Positions 9,378 to 16,940 are shown, counted from the stretch's first letter. The stretch is DNA of 64,000 nucleotides from a virus (IMGVR_UViG_3300031992_000079:1-64000); one strand, 5' to 3'. Numbers and translations: made by a program. The notes: a model not told the origin generated them from the sequence alone.

Positions 9378-9407
9378 GAAAAGTGAGACAAAAGAATCCT
9401 CATAGAC

Positions 9408-9418
9408 GTGCGAAGCAC
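9408..9418 (-). promoter_or_regulatory. Possible vRNAP-type hairpin promoter
   Basis: GTGC-GAA-GCAC upstream of RNAP1. Confidence 0.45.
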
Positions 9419-9420
9419 CC

Positions 9421-9591
9421 AAGTATTAATTTCAGAATACTTGTACGGGTGAACACCGTTGTTTCTCCGGTGTTTAGCCTCACGTATTGAGGAGAGATAC
9501 CTAACTAGTTGAATAGAGCTACGTGACTAGCTCGTTTCTAGTTAGGTAAAGGAAAGGTTGAATTTATATACCGCAGTTTTCCTTCTGCGGT
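9421..9591. ncRNA. Multi-hairpin structured intergenic element
   Basis: Five consecutive stems, including TACCTAACTAG/CTAGTTAGGTA (11 bp) with inner GAGCTA/TAGCTC, AACACCG/CGGTGTT and ACCGCAG/CTGCGGT. Confidence 0.45.
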
Positions 9592-9607
9592 CGTCTACTA
9601 AACCAGA

Positions 9608-9802
9608 TTACTCAATTTCAAGCTTCTGCTTCTTGTCCTTTTTAGGGACTTGAAGCCGAATCTTTCCGTTATTCAGACAACTGACAATGACATCAGGGTG
9701 GTCGCTTTCATCAACCACTTCCTGTGCCTTGTCAATGTCCTTTGCAGTGCCTTTTACTAAGGCAGCTTGCACACGGAGCTTCAGATACTTCCAAGAGCTC
9801 AT
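9608..9802 (-). CDS. Hypothetical protein
   Basis: 4-nt overlap with the upstream ORF; basic C-terminus. Confidence 0.6.
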   Translation of the reverse strand: MSSWKYLKLRVQAALVKGTAKDIDKAQEVVDESDHPDVIVSCLNNGKIRLQVPKKDKKQKLEIE

Positions 9803-10125
9803 TCTACTGACCCCTTGGTAGCCTCAGCCGGACGGTACCGCTCAACGAGCTGTACCCGCTTGAAACCGTTCTCAACAGTCCTTTCCACAACGGTGCCATC
9901 GAGCACCATGTAGAAATGGCCATCATCATCCTGCTTCCACTGGATCTTGTCCAGTAAGCCAACAGGGATTGAAATCTTAGAAGGATTCTGACGCTTGAAC
10001 TGGTATTCAAACGTCTTATGGTCGTCCTTCACAGGATACTGGCCAATTACTTCTACCATAGGCAGAGAGTATTCCTTCTTGTTGAGCTGGTTCTCAACGA
10101 TAGAAAAACTTACAGATTTCATCAT
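9799..10125 (-). CDS. Hypothetical early protein (possible ssDNA-binding RNAP II cofactor)
   Basis: AAGGAG RBS; beta-rich, aromatic; weak resemblance of KISIPVGLLD to N4 gp2. Confidence 0.65.
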   Translation of the reverse strand: MMKSVSFSIVENQLNKKEYSLPMVEVIGQYPVKDDHKTFEYQFKRQNPSKISIPVGLLDKIQWKQDDDGHFYMVLDGTVVERTVENGFKRVQLVERYRPAEATKGSVE

Positions 10126-10161
10126 AATCTCCTTGAAAAATGAATTAGTTTTTCCATGTTA

Positions 10162-10176
10162 AACATGGATCGCATA
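10162..10176 (-). promoter_or_regulatory. Repeated 15-bp motif, copy 2
   Basis: AACATGGATCGCATA, one mismatch to the other copies. Confidence 0.6.
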
Positions 10177-10233
10177 CAAACAATGAGGGGTGAGACTAGC
10201 TGACTGGCTAGCTAGTTTATATACGAATAAAGT

Positions 10234-10271
10234 AAAAAAAAAAAATAAAGGGAGACCAATTAAGGTCTCCC
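10234..10271 (-). terminator. Intrinsic terminator
   Basis: GGGAGACC-aattaa-GGTCTCCC (10250-10271) plus long A-tract. Confidence 0.7.
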
Positions 10272-10280
10272 CCTCCTAGG

Positions 10281-10658
10281 TTACCGCATGTTATAGCGAT
10301 AACCTGTAGGACAATACTTCATTCTATTAATCATTCTAATCCTTTTAGGAACAATAGAATGATATTTTCCATCAACCACAACGTAGTCTAAAGGTGCCCC
10401 TCTTCCGGGGCAATCATTATCAGTCCAGAGGTAGCCTAAGTACATAGGCCCTTTCTTTGACCACTGAACGTAATAGAGTGGCAGGTCAGGCCACTCATAA
10501 GACTCGAGTGATGCAGGAATCACACGCACTGGTTTGTCGGATTTACCAACAAAGTCAAGATAGGACATTCCTGATGCCGAGCAGCGTACTACTTCAAATA
10601 CTTCAGAAAGTCCCTCTTCAACTTCACTACGTGTAGTTCTTCTGTTATAAGCTTTCAT
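10281..10658 (-). CDS. Hypothetical protein
   Basis: AGGAG RBS; preceded by motif copy 3. Confidence 0.65.
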   Translation of the reverse strand: MKAYNRRTTRSEVEEGLSEVFEVVRCSASGMSYLDFVGKSDKPVRVIPASLESYEWPDLPLYYVQWSKKGPMYLGYLWTDNDCPGRGAPLDYVVVDGKYHSIVPKRIRMINRMKYCPTGYRYNMR

Positions 10659-10676
10659 GTTAAATCTCCTAACAAA

Positions 10677-10691
10677 AACATGGATCGTATA
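10677..10691 (-). promoter_or_regulatory. Repeated 15-bp motif, copy 3
   Basis: AACATGGATCGTATA, identical to copy 1. Confidence 0.6.
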
Positions 10692-10805
10692 TAAACAATA
10701 GGGGGGGGGATACTCCCCATAAGTTTTTTGCAGGTGCTTAATACTACATCTCTACTAAATTATAATATGTGCCTAAATGGACTTGGGTGCGTCTATACTA
10801 AATTA

Positions 10806-11192
10806 TTATATTTTGCTAAATGAGTCCGACTTCTTGTTTATATAATCTAATAAGCGTTTTTCATCAAAACGACCATTTACTTCTCTAATTAAGGGTACTC
10901 CTAATTCTTCTGAAATCTTAATATCTGAGACATATACTTCAAAACCAAGGAGTTCTAATTGCCTAATTAAAGAGTCATACTTATCTTTCTTTGAAATCTT
11001 ACAGAATATCCATATAGTAGATTCTTTAAGGAATGGATATGTATATACTTCTAAGCTAAAGTTCTTACAATCAATATGTACTCCCTTACTACCAGCATGG
11101 TATCTATTAATAACCTCATACTTATTGGCTTTAATTACATCAACAATAAAGTCAGTAAGCTTATCTAAGTCTTCTGTTAAAGCTTTATCCAT
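10806..11192 (-). CDS. Early array paralog, subfamily A
   Basis: Likely start MDKALT; ends ...YDSLIRQLELLGFEV. Confidence 0.75.
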   Translation of the reverse strand: MDKALTEDLDKLTDFIVDVIKANKYEVINRYHAGSKGVHIDCKNFSLEVYTYPFLKESTIWIFCKISKKDKYDSLIRQLELLGFEVYVSDIKISEELGVPLIREVNGRFDEKRLLDYINKKSDSFSKI

Positions 11193-11193
11193 C

Positions 11194-11532
11194 TTAATCT
11201 TCCTCAAAATCAAATAAATCAGGATTATTCTTAATTACTGGTATTTGATACATTTCAGCTTCTTCATTACTTAAGGTATATGTATAAAAACCAACTAATT
11301 TGAACTGTTTAAGTAATTGGTCATACTCATCTTTGTTTGAATTACTATAAATCAACCAGACATTTATTTTCTGAAGAAAGGTATAGGCATATACATCTAA
11401 CTCAAAATCCTTACAGTTAATATGTACTCCTTTCTGGCTAGTGTACTTATAATCAATCACCTCAAATCCATTGGTTTTAACTATATCAATAACAAAGCTA
11501 GTAAGCTTCTCTATGTCTTCTAGTAAATTCAT
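11194..11532 (-). CDS. Early array paralog, subfamily A
   Basis: Aligns end to end with 10806 (KLTxF..D..K.N..EVI...KGVHI.CK.F.L.VY.Y.FL); ends YDQLLKQFKLVGF. Confidence 0.75.
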   Translation of the reverse strand: MNLLEDIEKLTSFVIDIVKTNGFEVIDYKYTSQKGVHINCKDFELDVYAYTFLQKINVWLIYSNSNKDEYDQLLKQFKLVGFYTYTLSNEEAEMYQIPVIKNNPDLFDFEED

Positions 11533-11870
11533 TTTAACTCACCTGATGTGCGAAGCTTTATATGTTCTATAACTATACCAACTTCAAATCCAGCAAGTCT
11601 TAATTGGTCAGCTAATGAATCAAAATTATCTATCTCTGAAGTATTTCTGTTTATCCAGATATGGGGTGGGGTATCAGCAAGATGGGGGTATATGTATATC
11701 TCCATATTAAAAGAGCCACAGTTAAGAGTTCTGCTTATATAGCTTCTGGTAAAGGTATTAAGTACCCCAAATCCATTTGCTTCAGCTATGTTAGTAGCAA
11801 TCTGAGAAAGTCTCTTCAATTCCTTTACTACTGTTGTTCTCTGTTTTATTGATACATCATTTGTACTCAT
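11529..11870 (-). CDS. Early array paralog, subfamily A
   Basis: Likely start MSTNDV; ANGF, EIYIY, HIWI, FDSLADQLRLAGFEV. Confidence 0.75.
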   Translation of the reverse strand: MSTNDVSIKQRTTVVKELKRLSQIATNIAEANGFGVLNTFTRSYISRTLNCGSFNMEIYIYPHLADTPPHIWINRNTSEIDNFDSLADQLRLAGFEVGIVIEHIKLRTSGELK

Positions 11871-11880
11871 CTGTAGTCTC

Positions 11881-12243
11881 CTAATATATTCTTCTCTTAT
11901 ACCCAATCCAGTTAGGATTATTTGACTTATAGCCTAATAGGAGTAATTGCTTTACTACTTCTGTAGGTAATTTATCCTGCCGCAAATCAACTACAATTAC
12001 ACAGTCACCTGTATCATGCATATATAATCTACTTCCACCCATATGCTCTTTTTCATAACTAAACAGATAAACAGTTATAGAGTCATATGGCATAAAGCAG
12101 GTATTCATAACTCTTTCTACTATAAAATTTATATCTTCCTTATGAATTTGTTTAGAACCTGTTATTCCAAAGTTTTCTAATAGCATTTTCTGTAGTTCTA
12201 TTTCTTTTAATGCTTCATTTGCATTCTCAATACCATCAGTCAT
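11881..12243 (-). CDS. Early array paralog, subfamily B
   Basis: LPTEVVKQLLLLGY...WIGY. Confidence 0.75.
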   Translation of the reverse strand: MTDGIENANEALKEIELQKMLLENFGITGSKQIHKEDINFIVERVMNTCFMPYDSITVYLFSYEKEHMGGSRLYMHDTGDCVIVVDLRQDKLPTEVVKQLLLLGYKSNNPNWIGYKRRIY

Positions 12244-12592
12244 TTATTGTTACCTCATAATTAAGAAAAGGACCATTAGATACTTCTTCATATCCCAGTA
12301 GCAATAACTGGTTTACTACTTCCTCAGGTATAAATTTCCTAATCAATGTAGAAGCAATTAATAGAGTATCCTTGCTTATGCTATAAATCCTGCAACTGCC
12401 TATAGCATTATTGGTGTTGTAATAAAGAGTATAGAAGCTTATTAAATTATCACTATAAACAGCTCGTGCTTTATCCAGTTGTTCAAAACTCTTAATGATA
12501 CGAAATCCAATACCCTTTAATAATTCTGTTAGTATCTTTAACTCATCTAATGCTTTATCTACAGCAGTCCTATTAAATACTATATGAGTCAT
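12236..12592 (-). CDS. Early array paralog, subfamily B
   Basis: LLKGIGF, IGSCRIY, IPEEVVNQLLLLGYE. Confidence 0.75.
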   Translation of the reverse strand: MTHIVFNRTAVDKALDELKILTELLKGIGFRIIKSFEQLDKARAVYSDNLISFYTLYYNTNNAIGSCRIYSISKDTLLIASTLIRKFIPEEVVNQLLLLGYEEVSNGPFLNYEVTIND

Positions 12593-12924
12593 TTTATTTC
12601 TCTCTCATAATCAAGCCATTTACCATCATCATTCTCATATCCTAGAAGTAGTAACTGATTTATCATTTCTTCAGGTATGACTCCTGCATTTAATGTAGAA
12701 GTGAATAATAAGATGTTATTCATTTTGCGGTAGACATAGCAGTTACCAACTGTCATTCTGTCTAATTTGATGTTATAGCAGTCTACAACATGATACATTG
12801 CCTCCATTGCTCTATCTAAGCAATCTTCAATAGTTCTAGTAGTATAGATATTAAAACCTATACCTTGTAATACTGTTCTTAAATACTCTGCTTCTTCCTG
12901 TGCTTTATTTGCTAGATTCTTCAT
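12589..12924 (-). CDS. Early array paralog, subfamily B
   Basis: VLQGIGF, VGNCYVY, IPEEMINQLLLLGYE...WLDYE. Confidence 0.75.
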   Translation of the reverse strand: MKNLANKAQEEAEYLRTVLQGIGFNIYTTRTIEDCLDRAMEAMYHVVDCYNIKLDRMTVGNCYVYRKMNNILLFTSTLNAGVIPEEMINQLLLLGYENDDGKWLDYEREIK

Positions 12925-13249
12925 TTATTGCTACCTCATATTCAAGCCAGTTATTAGCTTCAACCTCAAAACCAAATAACAATAATTCAGTTATTATCTT
13001 TTCAGGTATAGTAGATGGATTTAATATAATATTCACTTTTGCAGGTCTGCTAGATGGAACAAGAAGAACACATTCACCAATTACATCTTTATCTATACAG
13101 ACATCAAAAACATGTGTTAGAAAGTAACGTGATGCTCCATCTATAGTAATTTTAATGTCATTAGCTTCGTTAATAAAAGAGAAACCAATACCACCTAATA
13201 ATTGTTTTAGGAAATTGAGCTCATCCTGCAGTTTCTGCACTATAATCAT
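12905..13249 (-). CDS. Early array paralog, subfamily B
   Basis: LLGGIGF, IGECVL, IPEKIITELLLFGFE...WLEYE. Confidence 0.75.
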   Translation of the reverse strand: MIIVQKLQDELNFLKQLLGGIGFSFINEANDIKITIDGASRYFLTHVFDVCIDKDVIGECVLLVPSSRPAKVNIILNPSTIPEKIITELLLFGFEVEANNWLEYEVAINEESSK

Positions 13250-13252
13250 ATG

Positions 13253-13552
13253 CTATTTCTTCATTAAGGTAATTAAACCAGTATTCCATACAGTGTTTTC
13301 TTCTGGTTCTATTGTTGTATCAATTATCAATGCAATCATCTTAGCTACTTCTTCTGAAACGTATCTAGGATTATAAGACCATACTCCTCTGCTTCTACCA
13401 GCAGTAACTAGTCTTATTCCATTAAACCTGCCTATTGCATAAGGATCTACAGCAACAAAGTAATGATTAACTTCTACAACTTCTGGATAGTAACTAAGAT
13501 GTATATTCTCTCTAAGTACTTTAAGTACTGCATCTAACATTTCCTGGTTCAT
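13253..13552 (-). CDS. Early array small protein (divergent)
   Basis: Same size and helix-strands-helix pattern; coupled to its neighbours. Confidence 0.65.
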   Translation of the reverse strand: MNQEMLDAVLKVLRENIHLSYYPEVVEVNHYFVAVDPYAIGRFNGIRLVTAGRSRGVWSYNPRYVSEEVAKMIALIIDTTIEPEENTVWNTGLITLMKK

Positions 13553-13908
13553 TCTAATAATTTCCTATGCTTGCTTAATCTGCTTAATCCCCATATATAA
13601 ACATATTCAACTTTAGCTTGAGGTACTATTTGCTGTATCTCATCTATCATACGAGGTGCTACAGCTGAATTTACTTTTAGAAAAACATAAAATACTTCTA
13701 GCTCATTTGTAATACCTATAGTCATTATTCTGGTTCTTGCTTTTCCTGCATCAAGCAGTAAATCTATTGTTATAAAGAATTTTGTTTTTGTAGAACGATA
13801 AGGATCATTACTTAACATTATTCCTTCATTGTTGAAATACTTATTAATCACATTTGTTATAGGCAATATATAAACAGAATACAGAGGTTCATCTAATGGA
13901 TAAATCAT
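13549..13908 (-). CDS. Early array small protein (divergent, subfamily C-like end)
   Basis: Ends MIDEIQQIVPQAKV, resembling ALKLAYPDAKV. Confidence 0.65.
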   Translation of the reverse strand: MIYPLDEPLYSVYILPITNVINKYFNNEGIMLSNDPYRSTKTKFFITIDLLLDAGKARTRIMTIGITNELEVFYVFLKVNSAVAPRMIDEIQQIVPQAKVEYVYIWGLSRLSKHRKLLE

Positions 13909-13924
13909 ATAAACTCCAGAGAAT

Positions 13925-13945
13925 AAAAAAGGTGCCTAAGCACCT
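13925..13945 (-). terminator. Intrinsic terminator within the array
   Basis: GGTGC-ctaa-GCACC with A6 tract. Confidence 0.6.
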
Positions 13946-13955
13946 ATTTCACCAA

Positions 13956-13970
13956 ACCAGCGAAGCTGGT
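13956..13970 (-). promoter_or_regulatory. Virion-RNAP-type hairpin promoter
   Basis: ACCAGC-GAA-GCTGGT preceded by CCAA; same geometry as the 5083 copy. Confidence 0.65.
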
Positions 13971-14311
13971 CAGAAGTATTCTCTTCCTATTGGAGAGATA
14001 TTCATAAGCCCTACCCAGAAGCCCATAAGCCTTAACTGCTTTATTACATTGTTACATTTATTCTTTCTGCGTCTGTCCTTAAGGTCTATCCAGATATGTG
14101 ATGCTTCATCAGAGTATCTGTTTACATCAACTCCTATACCATCACATGTTATTGTCCTGCCATTGATACAAGTTTCATAATTAAAACGCACAGTAACCTT
14201 ATTGGCTTTAAGAACTTGTTCAATAACTTCAGCTAATGCTTTTGTGGCATCTGCTACCTGCTGGTTTGTTTCAGTAGCACTAAACATCTTATCAGGTATA
14301 TAACTAGTCAT
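13970..14311 (-). CDS. Early array paralog, subfamily A
   Basis: Likely start MTSYIP; VLKANKV, HIWID, NNVIKQLRLMGFWV. Confidence 0.75.
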   Translation of the reverse strand: MTSYIPDKMFSATETNQQVADATKALAEVIEQVLKANKVTVRFNYETCINGRTITCDGIGVDVNRYSDEASHIWIDLKDRRRKNKCNNVIKQLRLMGFWVGLMNISPIGREYF

Positions 14312-14615
14312 ATGCTTCTTCCTCACCTCGTATGCAGAAACCAAGAAGTTTAGCCATATCTAAAGCATTAGGATGTAAATACTTCCTAAGTACCTTGAAA
14401 GTATATCCTGAGATACATACTCTTACAGTAGGATGTTCATAGTCTGAATAATCCCTGTCAAAGTAAGCTATGTATTGGAATATAGGGTCACTCCTATTAG
14501 TCCATACAATAAAGCCAGACATGCATCTGTAATTAGTCTCAATCCTTACTTTATCTGGCTCTAGAAATAATCCTTTAAGCATAGTCTGAATCTTTTCCCA
14601 TTCTGCTTTTTTCAT
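14304..14615 (-). CDS. Early array small protein
   Basis: Ends ALDMAKLLGFCI. Confidence 0.7.
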   Translation of the reverse strand: MKKAEWEKIQTMLKGLFLEPDKVRIETNYRCMSGFIVWTNRSDPIFQYIAYFDRDYSDYEHPTVRVCISGYTFKVLRKYLHPNALDMAKLLGFCIRGEEEAYD

Positions 14616-14857
14616 CTTATATTCACCTTTTTATCTGACACTAATCCAAATGCTCTTATTAAAGCTTCTCTATCAATATCATAATTAAACTTCTTAAGCC
14701 TGTTAATGAATACCTCTATTGAATCCTTTTTCTCTACTGCTACTGTATCAAGATAAAAATCTCCTGTAGCAGAATAAATGGTCATAGTTTCATTCTCAAA
14801 TCCCTTCCTTACAGGACAATCTGTAAAACCAGATAAAACACTCTCTATGGTGTCCAT
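14612..14857 (-). CDS. Early array small protein
   Basis: Coupled ORF; ends EALIRAFGL. Confidence 0.65.
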   Translation of the reverse strand: MDTIESVLSGFTDCPVRKGFENETMTIYSATGDFYLDTVAVEKKDSIEVFINRLKKFNYDIDREALIRAFGLVSDKKVNIR

Positions 14858-15129
14858 GGTACTCCTTGTATCTCTACATCTGGCAGTGCCAGTGTAACTG
14901 CTTTAATAAACTCTGTATTGCCCTTAAATCCAGGGATAAGGACATAGAGACCATCATAGTATTTAATAACATTTGCTATTTCAGTATTGTGCTTATGTAT
15001 AGTATAACTATGTGTATATCCACCTTTAGACAAGGTTATAGTAGTTTTCTCTTTAAATATACATTCAGCTATCTTATTTATCTTTCTAAGTATATCTACT
15101 GTATCTTTATTTTCTAAGTACTTAAACAT
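14845..15129 (-). CDS. Early array paralog, subfamily C
   Basis: Ends EFIKAVTLALPDVEI. Confidence 0.7.
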   Translation of the reverse strand: MFKYLENKDTVDILRKINKIAECIFKEKTTITLSKGGYTHSYTIHKHNTEIANVIKYYDGLYVLIPGFKGNTEFIKAVTLALPDVEIQGVPWTP

Positions 15130-15382
15130 GTTCTATCGTCCATACTTTTGCATCTGGGTAAGCTAATTTAAGAGCACTTGCTAATTGCATATCTTTTTCA
15201 AAATTGCTAATAGTAACAATAAGTGAGTCATCCTCTAATTCATCTACTGTAATATAAATATCAGGGTGTGTATCATCATGGAATCTGTATCCACTATGAA
15301 GCCGTTCGTATTTAGGTGAGAGATCTAAACCAGTTATCTGGTTTATTATCTTAGTTATATTCTCAATGTTGTTTATGCACAT
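15122..15382 (-). CDS. Early array paralog, subfamily C
   Basis: ITKIINQ.TGL, DIYITVDE, KDMQL..ALKL.YP; about 60% identical to 15410 by hand alignment. Confidence 0.8.
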   Translation of the reverse strand: MCINNIENITKIINQITGLDLSPKYERLHSGYRFHDDTHPDIYITVDELEDDSLIVTISNFEKDMQLASALKLAYPDAKVWTIEHV

Positions 15383-15409
15383 ATAACTATTACCTCTTTT
15401 TCTAAATAT

Positions 15410-15664
15410 TTAAGCATATCTTGTCATCCATATTCTTGCATTAGGGTAAACCAGTTTAAGTGCCTTTACTAATTGCATATCTTTATCAAACTTACTGATA
15501 GTAAAAGAAAGCTCATTATCTTTTATTTCATCTACTGTAATGTATATGTCAAAATGCTCTTCATCATAAAACCTGTATCTGCTATCCCATTTACACTTAG
15601 GTTTAAGATTCAAGCCAGTTACCTGGTTTATTATCTTGGTAATACTTTCAATATCTATACACAT
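15410..15664 (-). CDS. Early array paralog, subfamily C
   Basis: Recent duplicate of 15122..15382. Confidence 0.8.
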   Translation of the reverse strand: MCIDIESITKIINQVTGLNLKPKCKWDSRYRFYDEEHFDIYITVDEIKDNELSFTISKFDKDMQLVKALKLVYPNARIWMTRYA

Positions 15665-15927
15665 ATAATCACCATCATATCTGGGAACATAAGAAGCAAA
15701 CTACGAAGAAACTGCTTATTCTTATAATAATTCATATTCCTTATCTCAAGCTCTTGACAAGTCTTCTTGTTTACAAAGCTCATGATTGCTTCACCATTTA
15801 CAAAGTAATGAAACTCTTCCCACTTCTCATATCCTAACTCCATGTTCTGTCTTACAGTTCTGCATCTTAGCTTAAAGTAACCTTCTATAAGCTTCTTAAC
15901 TAGTTTCACATCATAAGGTAGTCTCAT
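15655..15927 (-). CDS. Early array paralog, subfamily C
   Basis: Ends KQFLRSLLLMFPDMMV. Confidence 0.7.
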   Translation of the reverse strand: MRLPYDVKLVKKLIEGYFKLRCRTVRQNMELGYEKWEEFHYFVNGEAIMSFVNKKTCQELEIRNMNYYKNKQFLRSLLLMFPDMMVIICV

Positions 15928-15967
15928 ACTTAATCATCCTCAGGAAGGGCACTGTAGGTACCCTAAA

Positions 15968-16303
15968 TTAAAACAAATCACGTACCCATGTAGGGATGTA
16001 GCTCTCTGTTGGTTTTGGTTCAACTACAGAGCTTTTAAGAGTACTTGCTGATAGTTTGCATCCCATAAGCATTAGTGCATCTATATCATGACAATCTTCT
16101 GGATAGGCATCTGTCTTCCATACTGATATTGTATCTCCTTTGTAAGATGACCAGTAGAAGACACATAGAGTACATACACCACTATCCTTTGGGTAAGCCA
16201 GAGTACCTGCTGTTGTTCTGTTATGTTCTAATGTATAACCTCTGCTCATAAGGTACTTAAGACACTTAGCATAAAGTTGTTTGTAGTCCATGTAATACTC
16301 CAA
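15968..16303 (-). CDS. First early gene; array-like small protein
   Basis: Directly downstream of the 16324 hairpin; ends DIDALMLMGCKL. Confidence 0.7.
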   Translation of the reverse strand: MEYYMDYKQLYAKCLKYLMSRGYTLEHNRTTAGTLAYPKDSGVCTLCVFYWSSYKGDTISVWKTDAYPEDCHDIDALMLMGCKLSASTLKSSVVEPKPTESYIPTWVRDLF

Positions 16304-16323
16304 TTCTTAATAAAATCACAGGA

Positions 16324-16336
16324 GGGGCGAAGCCCC
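16324..16336 (-). promoter_or_regulatory. Virion-RNAP-type hairpin promoter heading the early array
   Basis: GGGGC-GAA-GCCCC; predicted +1 template C at 16319. Confidence 0.7.
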
Positions 16337-16348
16337 CTAAAAAAAGTA

Positions 16349-16377
16349 TTGACATTCAGTAAATTTAACTATATCCT
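16349..16377 (+). promoter_or_regulatory. Sigma70-type promoter
   Basis: TTGACA-N17-TATCCT; no plus-strand gene follows. Confidence 0.55.
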
Positions 16378-16437
16378 GCGGATAGCAGGGGTGGTTGGTT
16401 GGTTGGGGGAAACCTTTAATAGTATAAGAATACTATA

Positions 16438-16454
16438 AACCCCCGAAGGGGGTT
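16438..16454 (-). promoter_or_regulatory. C-GAA-G hairpin (vRNAP-type) near the inferred genome end
   Basis: AACCCCC-GAA-GGGGGTT, 7-bp stem. Confidence 0.55.
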
Positions 16455-16502
16455 ATATAGTAAATATAGGGAGATTAGATAGTAATAGGGTACCCTAAGG
16501 GT

Positions 16503-16940
16503 CTAGTTAAGATCCTTTATAGAGCACTGTTTGATAAGGGCGTTATGCTTAAGTACTAGGGAGTCACATTCTCTTGCAAGATCCAGAGATCTCTTAATCT
16601 GCTCTCGTAGTTGGGTGTCTCTGTAACAAGTAAGATGGGATTTATCTCTACCTGAGGACACTCCCTTACTGGCACTGCTGCTGTGCATGCACTTAACAGT
16701 GTTAGCAAGCTTAGCATTACTAAGATCTTCATTTCTCTTCTTAAGCTCCTCTATCTGCTTGATGTATTCCTCTATAGCAGCATTGGAGGCTTCTCTGAGT
16801 TTACTCTCCTCTTTACGCAGTTCTGTGTAGTAACTGGTACGATACTCTGTTAAGCCAGAGTTGTAGCCAGTATTGTAAAGCCAGAGAGAGTAGAATACAA
16901 GTACTGTTGAGATACCTGCTATGCTGTAGATTAGGTTCAT
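16503..16940 (-). CDS. Inner-membrane spanin (Rz-like)
   Basis: N-terminal TM segment and coiled coil; follows the endolysin; carries an embedded lipoprotein gene. Confidence 0.85.
   Translation of the reverse strand: MNLIYSIAGISTVLVFYSLWLYNTGYNSGLTEYRTSYYTELRKEESKLREASNAAIEEYIKQIEELKKRNEDLSNAKLANTVKCMHSSSASKGVSSGRDKSHLTCYRDTQLREQIKRSLDLARECDSLVLKHNALIKQCSIKDLN
16556..16732 (-). CDS. Outer-membrane spanin (Rz1-like lipoprotein, 58 aa), embedded in Rz
   Basis: Read from the sequence: MKILVMLSLLTLLSACTAAVPVRECPQVEINP...; LSAC lipobox; absent from the supplied ORF track. Confidence 0.85.
   Translation of the reverse strand: MKILVMLSLLTLLSACTAAVPVRECPQVEINPILLVTETPNYESRLRDLWILQENVTP

Noticed and set aside
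10701-10709. G9 and A11/A12 homopolymers as phase-variation switches
   Set aside because: Intergenic, beside hairpins or terminators, and not within coding frames
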